64,000 nucleotides of DNA from Sandaracinaceae bacterium (GCA_044220955.1 JBGAQA010000029.1:1-64000), one strand, 5' to 3'; counted from the first letter of the stretch, positions 53,955-64,000 are shown. Made by a program: numbers and translations. Notes: a model not told the origin generated them from the letters alone.

Positions 53955-55117
53955 TAGTCGGGATCCTCGATGCCCGCCGCGGCCGGCGTGACGTCGAAGG
54001 GCTGGTAGCAGTCGAGCATCACGGCCAGCTCGTCGGTCCGCGTGCTGCCGATGCTCTTCTCGTAGCTGCCCGGGTGCGGGCCGTGCGGGATGCCCGCGGG
54101 GTGCAGCGAGATCGAGCCAGGGCCCACGCCGCGCCGCGAGGTGAAGTTGCCCCGCACGTAGAAGAGGATCTCGTCCACGTCGACGCTCGAGTGCGGGTAG
54201 GGGCAGGGGATCGCCTCCGGGTGGAAGTCCGTGAGGCGCGGGACGAAGGAGCAGATGAGCGCGCCCCCTCGTGCGCCGCCGCCGGCCGCGAAGGTGCCGT
54301 GCCACGTCGGCGGCAGGTGGATCGAGCTGACGCGCGGCTGGAAGGCGAGGATCGGGAACGCCCAGGGCCACACGCTCCCGTCCCAGCCGACGACGTCGAG
54401 CGGGCTGTGGGGCACGGCGAAGTCGTGGAACCGATCGCGACGCTTGACGACGACGTGGCGGATGCCCTCGTCGAGCGGACCCCGGAACGAGGGCCGCACG
54501 AAGTCGCGGTGCGAGTAGGGCGCGTCCATGCGGAGCTGGCCCGTCTCGTTGCGGAACTGCTTGGGCAGATGGAGGCCCCCGCGGCACTCGATGGTGAGCC
54601 AGTGCTGCGGCTGGCCCGCTTCGAGGTCGAAGCGATGAACCAGCGCGCGCGGGACGAAGACGTAGTCGTCCTTCTGGAACGGCACGTCGCCGAGCATCGT
54701 GCGCAGCGTGCCGCCGCCCTCGTGCACGAAGATCAGCGTGTCGGCGTCGGCGTCGGCGAAGTAGACCGGATCGCTGCGATCGGGGTGCGCGACGCCGAGC
54801 ACGATGTCGCCGTTGAAGACGAGCGGCACGCGGGCGTCGATCGACGCGCCGCCCCTCGGCTCGGTGGTGCCCGTCTTGAAGTGGCGCTTCGCGAGCCGGC
54901 CGGGGCTCTCGCTCGGGTGCGCGTGCGGCGCGCGCCATCCGTGCGGCAGGTCCGCGAACGTCTGCTCGTGCGGGCGGTGCAGGTGGTAGGCGATCGTGTA
55001 CGCCGCGTCGAACCCGTCCCGCGTGAAGCACTCCTCCCAGCGGAGCGCGCCGTCCGCGCCGCGAAGCTGCACGTGGTGCTTCTTCGGAACGTCTCCGAAG
55101 ACGAGACGCTCGATCAC
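53933..55117 (-). CDS. hmgA: Homogentisate 1,2-dioxygenase
   Basis: HSPLDVVGWDG, IHLPP..H.TF, CSFVPR, PYPHS.VD.DE, HP.GIPHGPHPG. Confidence 0.93.
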   Translation of the reverse strand: MIERLVFGDVPKKHHVQLRGADGALRWEECFTRDGFDAAYTIAYHLHRPHEQTFADLPHGWRAPHAHPSESPGRLAKRHFKTGTTEPRGGASIDARVPLVFNGDIVLGVAHPDRSDPVYFADADADTLIFVHEGGGTLRTMLGDVPFQKDDYVFVPRALVHRFDLEAGQPQHWLTIECRGGLHLPKQFRNETGQLRMDAPYSHRDFVRPSFRGPLDEGIRHVVVKRRDRFHDFAVPHSPLDVVGWDGSVWPWAFPILAFQPRVSSIHLPPTWHGTFAAGGGARGGALICSFVPRLTDFHPEAIPCPYPHSSVDVDEILFYVRGNFTSRRGVGPGSISLHPAGIPHGPHPGSYEKSIGSTRTDELAVMLDCYQPFDVTPAAAGIEDPDYQASFVS

Positions 55118-56286
55118 GGAATCCGACCTTCCGATTCCTGCTGGCGCTCGATGCTCTCGAAGAGCGCGCGGAAGTTGCCCCCGCCGAACCCCTTGTCACC
55201 CTTGCGCTGGATGATCTCGTAGAAGAAGGGGCCTGCCTCGCGCTCGCGGTAGAGGCCGGCGGAGTCCTTCAGGAAGATCTGGAGCATGTACTCTCGCTCC
55301 TTCTCTCCGTCGACGAGGATCTCGAGCTTCTGCAGCAGGTCGATCGGCTCGTCGATCTTCTTGACGCCGATCGCCTCGAGGCGCTTCGGGAGCATCTCGT
55401 AGTAGCTCGCCGGCGTGGGCATGAACTCCACCCCCCGCGCGCGCAGGCCCTCGACGCCCGTGAGGATGTCGCCGATGACGAGCGCCGCGTGCTGGATCCC
55501 GTCGCCCTTCTGGTCCTCGTAGAAGAGGTTGATCTGCGACGCCTTGAAGTGCGGGCGGAGCGGCTCGTTGTTGGCGAACTTCGCCTGCGAGCGCGGATCC
55601 CACATCACCGCCGAGCGCAGCCCGGAGCCCTTGCCGTGCTCGCTCGCGGCCTTCTTCTTCGAGACGTCGTTCGTGTGGAACTCGATGCCCCAGAAGCGCT
55701 CGAAGCCCATGACGTGCTCCATCCAGAGCAGCGCGGGCGCCATCGTCTCGAAGTTCGTCGTGACGTGATCGATGTGGCTGAACCCGAACGCGTTGGTGCC
55801 GCCGGCCTGCGCGGCCGCGCGGGGCACGCCCGGATAGAGGCCTCGGTACCGGTCGCGCTGGACGAACCGGAACGTCGAGCCGCCGAAGGGCGTCGTGATC
55901 GGGAACGAACGGAAGGTGCCGAAGTCGTCCTCCGTCGTGACGATGTCCGTGATGGGCGTGCCGCCGCGGCCGTCGAGGAGCCGGAACGCGTGCTCGATGT
56001 CCTCGACCTCGAAGATCAGCGAGCCGACGCCGTCGGGGTGCTTGCCGAGCCAGCGGGCGGCACGACCGTCGCTCCGCTCGCCGTCCGGGGCGCTGACGAC
56101 GATGCGGACGTCGCTCGCCTCGAACACGGCGGACCTCTGGCGGCCGGCCTTCGTCAGCGCGGCGTCGCTCCCGCCGACCTCGGCGAGGTCGAACTTGCGC
56201 GTGTAGAAGCTGCGAGAGCGCTCGAGGTCGTGGACGTAGTAGTGCAGCGCTTCGAGACGGACGATGCGGAGGGACTCGATGGGCAT
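55114..56286 (-). CDS. hppD: 4-hydroxyphenylpyruvate dioxygenase
   Basis: IDHV, NNEP, SQI, GIQHAAL, LQIF, FFYEIIQRKG..GFGGGNFRALFESIE. Confidence 0.95.
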   Translation of the reverse strand: MPIESLRIVRLEALHYYVHDLERSRSFYTRKFDLAEVGGSDAALTKAGRQRSAVFEASDVRIVVSAPDGERSDGRAARWLGKHPDGVGSLIFEVEDIEHAFRLLDGRGGTPITDIVTTEDDFGTFRSFPITTPFGGSTFRFVQRDRYRGLYPGVPRAAAQAGGTNAFGFSHIDHVTTNFETMAPALLWMEHVMGFERFWGIEFHTNDVSKKKAASEHGKGSGLRSAVMWDPRSQAKFANNEPLRPHFKASQINLFYEDQKGDGIQHAALVIGDILTGVEGLRARGVEFMPTPASYYEMLPKRLEAIGVKKIDEPIDLLQKLEILVDGEKEREYMLQIFLKDSAGLYREREAGPFFYEIIQRKGDKGFGGGNFRALFESIERQQESEGRIP

Positions 56287-56300
56287 GGCTCTCGTGCTCT

Positions 56301-56957
56301 CTACTTCTCGGAGTCGGGCTGGCGATCGGGATGGGCCGCGAACACCCCGGGCAGCTTCGCGAGCGCCGCGTCGATCCGCGTGAGCGTGGGGAAGTGGTGC
56401 GCGACGTCGATCTCGAAGCGCCGCGCGGAGAAGAGCTGGGGTACGAGGCAGCAGTCGGCGAACGTCGGGTGATCCCCGACGCAGTACTCGCCGGCCGTCT
56501 CCTTCACGCGCTCCTCGAGCGCGCGCAGCCCGGACTCGTTGTAGTGGATCGCGTGCGCGCGTCCGGCGCCCTTCGCGAGGGCGTCGATTCGGGCCATCGG
56601 TCCCATGTTCTGGTGCGGCTGGATGCCCGCGTTCACCAGCTCCGCGAGCTCTCTCGCGCGCGCGCGGAGGTAGTGATCCTTCGGGAGCAGCGGGTGCGTC
56701 GGGAAGATCTCCTCGAGCAGCTCGAGGATGGCCATCGACTGCGCGACGACGCGGCGCTTCCCGTCGACCTCGAGCTCGATCGCGGGCACCTGCTCCATCG
56801 GGTTGCGCCCGTGGTGCTCGGCCGCCAGGTGCTCCTTCTTCACGATGTGCACCGGCACGTACTCGTAGCGCAGCTCTTTCAGGCCGAGCGCGATGCGCAC
56901 GCGGTAGCTCGCCGAGCTACGGAAGTAGTTGTAGAGGCGGATCGGGGCGTGGCTCAT
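56301..56957 (-). CDS. maiA: Maleylacetoacetate isomerase (GST zeta)
   Basis: YFRSSASYRVRIAL, NPMEQVP, IQPHQN, HPDRQPD. Confidence 0.95.
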   Translation of the reverse strand: MSHAPIRLYNYFRSSASYRVRIALGLKELRYEYVPVHIVKKEHLAAEHHGRNPMEQVPAIELEVDGKRRVVAQSMAILELLEEIFPTHPLLPKDHYLRARARELAELVNAGIQPHQNMGPMARIDALAKGAGRAHAIHYNESGLRALEERVKETAGEYCVGDHPTFADCCLVPQLFSARRFEIDVAHHFPTLTRIDAALAKLPGVFAAHPDRQPDSEK

Positions 56958-57928
56958 CGGACGACCTCCTGGTCGATGGTGCCGAAGAGGTCACTCTCCG
57001 CGGCGTCGGTCATCTGGATGCGGACGCGGTCGCCGTACCCGAGGAAAGGCGTGATCGGCTTGCCGGTCGCGAGCGTCTCGCGCGTCCGGCGCTCGGCGAG
57101 GCACGAGACACCGCGCGCCGGGTCCTCGTTCGACACGGTGCCGCTGCCGACGATCGTCCCGGCGCCGAAGCGGCGCGTCCGGGCGATGTGCGCGACGAGG
57201 TCGAAGAAGGAGAAGTGCATCTCCGGTCCGGCGTCCGGGTCGCCGACGAGCACCTCCTGCTCTCCGGCGCGCGTGAGCCAGGTGCGCAGACGCAGCAGCA
57301 CGCGTCCGTCCTTCCACGCGGCGCCCAGCTCGTCCGGCGTGATCGCGAAGGGTGCGAACGCCGTCGCCGGCTTGCTCTGGAAGAAGCCGAAGCCCTTCTC
57401 GAGCTCGCCAGGCACGAGGTTGCGGAGCGTGACGTCGTTGACCAGCGTGACGAGCTTCACGTACTTCGATGCGTGTTCCTTCGTCGTGCCCTGCGGAACG
57501 TCCGCGAGGATCACCGCGATCTCCGACTCGAAGTCGCAGCCCCAGCTCGGATCGGGGAGGCGGATGGGCTCGCGCGCGCCGAGCATGTCGGACGAGCCAC
57601 CCTGGTAGACGAGCGGGTCGGTGCGCAGCGTCTTGGGCGGCTCGGCGCCGCGCGCCTTGCGGACGAGCACGATGTGGTTGATGTACGCGGAGCCGTCGAC
57701 CCACTCGTAGGCGCGCGGCAGTGGCGCGGCGAGCGCAGCCGGGTCGAGCACCTCGCCCTTCGCCGCCTCCGGCCCGAGCGCGCGCAGCGCGGGCTCGCAG
57801 CGATCCCAGTCGTCGAGCGCGGCCTGCATCGTCGGGGCGACCGAGCCGGCGCGCACGAAGCGCGTGCCGTCGGGAGAGACGACGATCAGGCTTCCGTCGC
57901 GACCGCTGCGCAGGCTGGCGAGCTTCAT
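56954..57928 (-). CDS. fahA: Fumarylacetoacetate hydrolase family protein
   Basis: MKLASL..GRDG, DGSAYINH, YQGGS, DFESE, NDVTLRNL, GFFQSKP, GSGTVSN. Confidence 0.88.
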   Translation of the reverse strand: MKLASLRSGRDGSLIVVSPDGTRFVRAGSVAPTMQAALDDWDRCEPALRALGPEAAKGEVLDPAALAAPLPRAYEWVDGSAYINHIVLVRKARGAEPPKTLRTDPLVYQGGSSDMLGAREPIRLPDPSWGCDFESEIAVILADVPQGTTKEHASKYVKLVTLVNDVTLRNLVPGELEKGFGFFQSKPATAFAPFAITPDELGAAWKDGRVLLRLRTWLTRAGEQEVLVGDPDAGPEMHFSFFDLVAHIARTRRFGAGTIVGSGTVSNEDPARGVSCLAERRTRETLATGKPITPFLGYGDRVRIQMTDAAESDLFGTIDQEVVR

Positions 57929-58041
57929 GGGGGTGCCGAGCATATGCGGGCACGCGCACGAAACGCAGCCTCGATCGCGAGAATTGTCACTTCTTTGACC
58001 ACCGATCCGCCGACCGGTTATCCGCGAGGTGGAGGCTCACC

Positions 58042-58590
58042 GTGCATCAGGACGTCCAGCTCACGCTCGCTGCTCTCTCGCTCACGCTCGCGGCCGCCGG
58101 CTGCTCGAGCACGCACGAGCCGGTCTCGGCCACGACGGGCGTGTACGCGCTGACGATCGCCGGAGAGGTGGACGCGTGCAGCCCGCTGCGCGCGACCGGG
58201 CCGATGGGCAGCGCGGGCATCGTGCAGCACGGTGCGCTGATCACGCTGACCGCGCCGGATCCCACGACGAGCCTGCCGACGCTCGTGTCGCTGAACAGCG
58301 AGGCGAGCTTCTCCGACGAGCGCGTCACGACGCTCGATCCCTGCACCGGCGCGACGCTGACGCGCACCTACAGCGTGGTCGGCCACGACGGCGACGGGCT
58401 CGACGTCGCCTACACCGAGACGTGGACGGGGATGAGCACCTGCGGGGCGGCGATGCGTTCGATCATGCCGGCCGCGCCCAGCCGTGACTGCCGAGCCGAC
58501 CTCGTGATGCACTACCGCCTCGAGACGCCCTGCGCGGCGCCTTGCCAGCTCCGCCTCACGGTGGACGGCGGCGCCGCCTGCCAGTGCTGA
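58042..58590 (+). CDS. Lipoprotein of unknown function
   Basis: SD ggagg, GTG start, lipobox AAGC. Confidence 0.65.
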   Translation: MHQDVQLTLAALSLTLAAAGCSSTHEPVSATTGVYALTIAGEVDACSPLRATGPMGSAGIVQHGALITLTAPDPTTSLPTLVSLNSEASFSDERVTTLDPCTGATLTRTYSVVGHDGDGLDVAYTETWTGMSTCGAAMRSIMPAAPSRDCRADLVMHYRLETPCAAPCQLRLTVDGGAACQC

Positions 58591-58603
58591 TAGACTCGAC
58601 CGG

Positions 58604-59302
58604 GTGAGCGCGCTCGATCCGCGATCGATCACGGACGCGGAGTCGGTCCGAACGCTCGCGGGCACGCTCCGAGTGCTGATGTCGCGCCGCGGGCCGCGCG
58701 CGATCGCGGGCATCGCCGCGGCGAGCTGGGGAGCGCGCCTGGCCGCCGGCCCACTCGGTCCCCTCGACGCCGTGGCGGTGGGGGCGGCCATCGGCGTGTG
58801 GCCGATCCAGGAGTGGGTCGCGCACAAGTACCTGCTGCACCTGAAGCCGACGACGGTTCTCGGGCGCTCCTTCGATCCCTACTTCGCGCGCAAGCACCGC
58901 GACCACCACGTCACCCCGCGCGACGTCGACCTCACGCTGCTCCCCTTGCGCGTCATCCTCGGGGCGGCGCCGTTCACCGGCGGCGTGTGGCTGGGCGTCT
59001 TCGGCGCGCGGCGCGCGGCGCTCACGGCCATGGCGACGTACTCGACGATGGCCCTCGTCTACGAGTGGACGCACCTGCTCGTGCACACCGACTACCGGCC
59101 GACGTCCGAGCTCGCCAAGACGGTGCGCCGCAACCACCGCCTGCACCACTTCCGCAACGAGAACTACTGGCTCGCCTTCACGATGCCCGTCGTCGACACG
59201 GTCTTCGGCACCGCGCCCGATCCGGCGTCGGTCCCGCGCTCGAAGACGGCGATGGACCTGCACGGCCTGCGCGCCGCCGCGGAGCCGGCCCCGGACCGAT
59301 GA
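58604..59302 (+). CDS. Fatty acid hydroxylase/sterol desaturase family protein
   Basis: His boxes HKYLLH, HRDHH, YEWTH..H, HRLHHF. Confidence 0.88.
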   Translation: MSALDPRSITDAESVRTLAGTLRVLMSRRGPRAIAGIAAASWGARLAAGPLGPLDAVAVGAAIGVWPIQEWVAHKYLLHLKPTTVLGRSFDPYFARKHRDHHVTPRDVDLTLLPLRVILGAAPFTGGVWLGVFGARRAALTAMATYSTMALVYEWTHLLVHTDYRPTSELAKTVRRNHRLHHFRNENYWLAFTMPVVDTVFGTAPDPASVPRSKTAMDLHGLRAAAEPAPDR

Positions 59303-59361
59303 GGGGCTGAGCACGAGCGGCGTCGTCACGCGCAGGCTTTCGTGTACACTGTGGATCCGTA

Positions 59362-61080
59362 GTGACACAGACGATCTCCGGGAACACCACAGGCCTCGCT
59401 CCTTCCGACGTTCACGCGCTCGAGCGCCTCTCCCGACGACGCGTCCCCTTCGACCGACTCCTCACTCCCGAGCTCGCGCGCTCGATGGGCGAGATCAGCG
59501 CGGCCACGGGACGCCAGATCGGCGTGCTCGTCACGCGGGGCGGCGAGATCGAGCACGTGGTCGTCGGCGACGCCACCAAGCTGATGCTCCCGGACCTCGG
59601 CCGCATGCGCGCGGCGCACGGGCGCTTCCGTGGCCTGCGCCTGGTGCACACGCACCTCTCGCAGGAGGGCCTCACGCGCGACGATCTCGTCGACCTCACG
59701 CGCCTGCGCCTCGACCTCGTCGTCGCGATCTGCCTCACGCAAGACGGTCAGCCCACGACGATCCACTACGGGCACAACGTCCCGTCGATCGACCCGCGCA
59801 CGCCGCCCTATCGCACCGTGGGCCCGATCCCCTACGGCAAGGAAGACGCGAGTCCGGCCGAGATCCTGAGCGAGCTGGAGGACGCGTTCGCGCGCGCGGC
59901 GCGCACGCAGGTCGTGAGCGGCAAGGACGGTCGCGCGATCCTGCTCCACGTGACCGACCGTGCGCACGCCGCGCACGCCGAGGACTCGCTCCGAGAGCTC
60001 GAGGATCTGGCCCGGACGGCCGGCGTCGCCGTCGTCGATCGGATCCTTCAGGTGCGCGACGCGATCGATCCCAGGTTCGTGATGGGTCGCGGCAAGCTGG
60101 ACGAGGTGGTGCTCCGCTCGATGGCGCTCGACGCGAGCGTGCTGATCTTCGATCGCAACCTCTCACCCTCGCAGGCGGCGGCGGTCGCGGCGATCACCGA
60201 CATGAAGGTGATCGATCGCTCGCAGCTCATCCTCGACATCTTCGCGCAGCGCGCCGAGAGCCGCGACGGCAAGCTCCAGGTCGAGCTCGCGCAGATGAAG
60301 TACCTGCTGCCTCGCCTCGGCCAGAAGGACGACTCGCTCTCGCGTCTCACGGGCGGCATCGGTGGGCGCGGGCCGGGCGAGACCGTCCTCGAGGTCGGAA
60401 AGCGCCGCGCACGCGAGAAGATCTCGCGCCTCGAGAGCGAGCTCCGGCACCTCGCCGTGCAGCGCAAGCAGCGCCGCCAGCGCCGACGCCGCCAGGAGAT
60501 CCCGATCGTGTCGATCGTCGGGTACACGAACGCCGGCAAGAGCACGCTCCTCAACGCTCTCACGAACTCCGAGACGCTCGCCAAGGACGTCCTGTTCGCG
60601 ACCCTGGACACCCGCTCGCGGCGGATCCGCTTCCCCGAGGAGCGCGAGGTCGTGATCACCGACACCGTCGGCTTCATCCGCGATCTTCCGAAGGACCTCT
60701 TCGCCGCGTTCCGCGCGACGTTCGAGGAGGCCGAGGACGCCGATCTCCTGCTCCACGTCGTCGACGCGTCGGATCCGGCGATGGTGGACCACATCAAGAC
60801 GACCGAGACCCTGCTCGGGGAGCTCGGCCTCGCCGGCAAGCCGACGCTCCTCGTGCTCAACAAGTGCGACCGCATCGATCCGCGCGACGCCGCGCGCCTC
60901 GCGTGGGAGCGTGATGCGGTCTCCGTCTCGGCGGTCGATCGCTCGACCTTGCGCGCGCTCCTCGAGCGCATGGCCGACGTGCTCTTCGACGGCAAGCGCG
61001 ACGCGCTGCTCACGCGGACACAGGACGTGGCCGCTCCGGTCGAGGCCGACGTCGACGCTGGCGCGGCGGCGGCTTCTTGA
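59362..61080 (+). CDS. hflX: GTPase HflX, long N-terminal form
   Basis: ILDIFAQRA, QVELAQ..Y.LPRL, GGRGPGE, GYTNAGKST, DTVGFI, NKCD. Confidence 0.96.
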   Translation: MTQTISGNTTGLAPSDVHALERLSRRRVPFDRLLTPELARSMGEISAATGRQIGVLVTRGGEIEHVVVGDATKLMLPDLGRMRAAHGRFRGLRLVHTHLSQEGLTRDDLVDLTRLRLDLVVAICLTQDGQPTTIHYGHNVPSIDPRTPPYRTVGPIPYGKEDASPAEILSELEDAFARAARTQVVSGKDGRAILLHVTDRAHAAHAEDSLRELEDLARTAGVAVVDRILQVRDAIDPRFVMGRGKLDEVVLRSMALDASVLIFDRNLSPSQAAAVAAITDMKVIDRSQLILDIFAQRAESRDGKLQVELAQMKYLLPRLGQKDDSLSRLTGGIGGRGPGETVLEVGKRRAREKISRLESELRHLAVQRKQRRQRRRRQEIPIVSIVGYTNAGKSTLLNALTNSETLAKDVLFATLDTRSRRIRFPEEREVVITDTVGFIRDLPKDLFAAFRATFEEAEDADLLLHVVDASDPAMVDHIKTTETLLGELGLAGKPTLLVLNKCDRIDPRDAARLAWERDAVSVSAVDRSTLRALLERMADVLFDGKRDALLTRTQDVAAPVEADVDAGAAAAS

Positions 61081-61102
61081 AACCACACGGGAGGGAACGA
61101 GT

Positions 61103-62149
61103 ATGCGAGGGGTACGAGTCCTGGCTTGGGGTCTGGCGCTCGCGAGCGTGAGCGTTGGTTGCAACAACGGAAACGGCGCGCCGGTCGCGTTCGGGGAGCT
61201 TCCGGGGCGGCTCGGGGCGAGCTACTGCAGCTTCGCGTCGCGCTGCGGCTACACGGCGCTCTTCGAGCAGGGGCTCTTCCACTCGTCGATCACCGACTGC
61301 CCGGGCCAGGCAGCGCGCTACTTCGAGGACACGACGTTCGCGCAGTACGATCTCGCGATCGACCGGGGCACCATCGTCTACCACCCGGAGAACGCCGGCG
61401 CGTGCCTCGCGGCGTTCGACGGAATCGGGTGCGGGCTCGGGGCGCTCAGCGGCGCCCCTCCCGGGTGCCGTGAGACGTTCGAGGGCAGGGTCGCCGACGG
61501 CGGCGCCTGCACGCTCTCGGAGGAGTGCTCCGAGACGAGCAGCTGCACGGGGAGCGGGAGCTCCTGCGGGATGTGCTTCCACCAGCTGCAGATCGGCGAG
61601 AGCTGCACCTCGGGCGGCGCCGCGTGCGCGTCGGGATCGTTCTGCACGGCGGGGGTTTGCACCGCGCAGGTCGGGCAAGGCGGCGCGTGCGATCCGATGA
61701 CGAGCGAGGCCTGTCGCAGCGGGCTCTCCTGCGTCCCCAACTCGGGCGATCCCTCTCACGGCACCTGCATGGCGCCGCCCACGGCCGGACCGGGCGAGCC
61801 CTGCGCCATGGCCACCTGCGCCACGGGGCTGGTGTGCGCGATCTCGGGGACGTCGGCGACCTGCCGCGCGCCGCGCACCGACGGAACGTGCGAGTACGTC
61901 GTGAGCGGCACCGACTGCGCGGTCGGGACGGTCTGCAACGCGACCAGTCCCGGGATGCCGGGGACGTGCGTCCCGTACCCCGTGCTCGCCTCGCCCTGCA
62001 CCACCGCCTGCGCCGCGCCGGCGCGCTGCGTGAACATGGTCTGCCAGCCGACCCGCCGGATCGGCGAGACCTGCGCGAGCTCGGACGAGTGTCTGAGCAG
62101 CACGTGCACCGCCGGCGTCTGTGTCGCGCGCCCTCTCTGCACCCCCTGA
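61103..62149 (+). CDS. Cys-rich repeat lipoprotein
   Basis: Lipobox SVGC; GE.C...C..GL.C modules. Confidence 0.78.
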   Translation: MRGVRVLAWGLALASVSVGCNNGNGAPVAFGELPGRLGASYCSFASRCGYTALFEQGLFHSSITDCPGQAARYFEDTTFAQYDLAIDRGTIVYHPENAGACLAAFDGIGCGLGALSGAPPGCRETFEGRVADGGACTLSEECSETSSCTGSGSSCGMCFHQLQIGESCTSGGAACASGSFCTAGVCTAQVGQGGACDPMTSEACRSGLSCVPNSGDPSHGTCMAPPTAGPGEPCAMATCATGLVCAISGTSATCRAPRTDGTCEYVVSGTDCAVGTVCNATSPGMPGTCVPYPVLASPCTTACAAPARCVNMVCQPTRRIGETCASSDECLSSTCTAGVCVARPLCTP

Positions 62150-62182
62150 CGGTGGGCAGGAACGCGCGGCGTCCATAGTAGG

Positions 62183-62662
62183 ATGCAGCGCGTGGCCGAG
62201 CCGTCGAACGATCCGGAGGGACGGAGTCTGTCGGAGGTCGCGCTCGCCGACCCCGACGGGCGCGCCATCGATCGCGCCGCGCGCTGGATGGGGATGCTGG
62301 GGCGATTCCAGGTCCTGGCCGGAGGCGGCCTCGCGCTCGTGGTCGCCGTCGGCGGGATCGTCTGGGCGCTGAACCAGGCTGGGCCCGTGGAGGTGGAGTC
62401 GAGCACCACCCCGCCGCTGGTGCGCCTCGGGGAGGTGTCCACCGAGAGCGCCGCGCTCGCCGGCGCGATCGTGCTCGCGTTCGGCCTGCTCTTCCTGCGG
62501 GGCGGCGTGATGCTCACCGACGCGGCGGAAGATCTCGAGCGGCACGCCTCCGGGCGCGCGGTCGAGGCGGGGCTGCGACACCTCGCCGGCTACTTCGTCA
62601 CCGAGATCCTGGTCGTCTCGGTGCTGATCGCGCTCCTGGTCACGTTCGGGATGCTGCGATGA
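62183..62662 (+). CDS. Membrane protein of unknown function
   Basis: Three hydrophobic segments; start may be GTG 62192. Confidence 0.65.
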   Translation: MQRVAEPSNDPEGRSLSEVALADPDGRAIDRAARWMGMLGRFQVLAGGGLALVVAVGGIVWALNQAGPVEVESSTTPPLVRLGEVSTESAALAGAIVLAFGLLFLRGGVMLTDAAEDLERHASGRAVEAGLRHLAGYFVTEILVVSVLIALLVTFGMLR

Positions 62663-63213
62663 GCGCGAACGACGCGCCGCCCAAGCGCGACGACCAGACG
62701 AGCCCCTTTCCGCTCGAGCGGGGTCGCAGCGAGCCGCCCGCGCTCGCCGAGCGGCCCGACGCGGAGACCACCGGCGAGCGCACCGGGCCCTTCCTGCTGG
62801 AGCGCGAGAAGCCGCCGGAGAGCGAGGCGGAGGGGCGGGCCGTCGAGGCGGAGGCGCGGCTCTGCGCGGACGCGCGTCGCGCCCGGCGGCGCATCGCCGG
62901 CACGGTCTTCGTCCACGCGCTGGCGCTGGGCGGGCTGGGCGCGCTCTCGCTCGTGCGCTGGTCGAAGGGCATGGCGACGCCGCCCGAGCTCGCGCTGGCG
63001 GTGCTCGCGCTCGGCATCGCGCTGGTCCACCTGCGCGCGGCGTATCGGTTCTCGCGCCTCGGCCAGCAAGCGGTCCGCGACGGCCGGCTCCTCGCGGGCG
63101 CGCTCTCGGATCTGCGCACGGTGATCGTGCTCAAGGCCATCTCGCTCTTCCTCGCGCTCACGCTGATCTGCTTCTCGCTCTCGATGGTGATCTCGCTCGT
63201 GGCTTCCATCTGA
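62659..63213 (+). CDS. Membrane protein of unknown function
   Basis: ATGA overlap; three hydrophobic segments. Confidence 0.6.
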   Translation: MSANDAPPKRDDQTSPFPLERGRSEPPALAERPDAETTGERTGPFLLEREKPPESEAEGRAVEAEARLCADARRARRRIAGTVFVHALALGGLGALSLVRWSKGMATPPELALAVLALGIALVHLRAAYRFSRLGQQAVRDGRLLAGALSDLRTVIVLKAISLFLALTLICFSLSMVISLVASI

Positions 63214-63222
63214 AGAGGATCG

Positions 63223-64000
63223 ATGACGAACGAACGAAGGCCGCGCGTCCACCGGATGGTGATGTTCAAGCACGGGGTCGCGTATCTCGAGCGGAGCGGG
63301 CCGGCCGATGGGCCCTTCGAGCTCTCGTTCGACAAGGACGAGATGAACGACGTGCTGAAGTCTCTCGCGGCGTGGGTCGAGAAGGGCCAGGCGCGCGTCA
63401 CCTCCATCGCGTTCGAGAAGCCCGAGGATCCGGAGAAGATCCTCGCGCGCCGCAAGCTCGTGCTGGAGCCGACGCACGCGTTGCTGGGCCTGTTCGCCGC
63501 GTTCCGCGGGCGCCGCGTGAAGGTGGAGCTCGCGGCGAGCGCCGTGGAGGGCGAGGTGATCGGCTTCGAGGACGTTCCCGCGGCGGAGGGCGCCTGGGAC
63601 CGGCGCGTCCTCTTGCGCATCGCGGGCGATCGCGTCGGCCTCTTCGCGCTCTCGGACGTACGCAGCGTCTCGCTGCTCGAGGCGCCCTCGCGCGCCGACC
63701 TCGAGCTGCTCGTCGACCGCACGCGCGCGGCCACGGCGGGTGACAACCGCATCGTCGAGATCGGCCTCGAGGGCGAGGCCGAGGATCTGCGGGTCGCCTA
63801 CGTGGTGCCCGCGCCCGTGTGGCGCGTGACGTATCGGCTCGTGCGCGGCACGGACGCGCAGGGCGGGGAGACGACGAGCCTCATCGCCTGGGGCATCGTC
63901 CACAACCCCGCCGACGAGGATCTCGAGGAGGTCGAGCTCACGCTGACGACCGGGCAGCCGGTCTCGTTCGTCATCGACCTCTATCACCCGAAGAACGTGC
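63223..64000 (+). CDS. DUF4139-like protein (3' truncated; not in the ORF track)
   Basis: MTNERRPRVHRMVMFKHGVAYLERSG...EMNDVLKSL...Y..PAPVWR.TYRL...W.IVHN...EDL..V.L.L.TG.P.SF..DLY.P. Confidence 0.78.
   Translation, partial: MTNERRPRVHRMVMFKHGVAYLERSGPADGPFELSFDKDEMNDVLKSLAAWVEKGQARVTSIAFEKPEDPEKILARRKLVLEPTHALLGLFAAFRGRRVKVELAASAVEGEVIGFEDVPAAEGAWDRRVLLRIAGDRVGLFALSDVRSVSLLEAPSRADLELLVDRTRAATAGDNRIVEIGLEGEAEDLRVAYVVPAPVWRVTYRLVRGTDAQGGETTSLIAWGIVHNPADEDLEEVELTLTTGQPVSFVIDLYHPKNV

Overview
High-GC bacterial DNA with gene content typical of Myxococcota (Cys-rich lipoproteins, several eukaryotic-like Ser/Thr kinases, PilZ-like protein); the taxonomy is inferred. Bases 1-14.7 kb hold the end of tuf and the S10-spc-alpha ribosomal protein supercluster. 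It has several oddities: rplC (L3) is missing between rpsJ and rplD, map is missing, a strongly diverged IF-1-like gene sits at the infA position, a hairpin plus promoter-like insert lies between rpsS and rplV, and a promoter-like site lies inside adk. The remainder mixes housekeeping and accessory genes: two acyl-CoA ligases around a WD40 kinase, an uncharacterised operon (repeat protein plus two Zn-ribbon proteins) before a kinase-ATPase-TPR protein, ftsE-ftsX-envC, a kinase-FGE protein, an SQR-like flavoprotein, twin Cys-rich repeat lipoproteins with a secreted glycoside hydrolase, a bacterial METTL9/DREV-like methyltransferase, a haem-c-fused copper monooxygenase opposite a two-component system, the homogentisate pathway (fahA-maiA-hppD-hmgA) and hflX. 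No rRNA, tRNA, CRISPR array or mobile element was recognised. All family calls come from motif recognition by eye, not from database searches.
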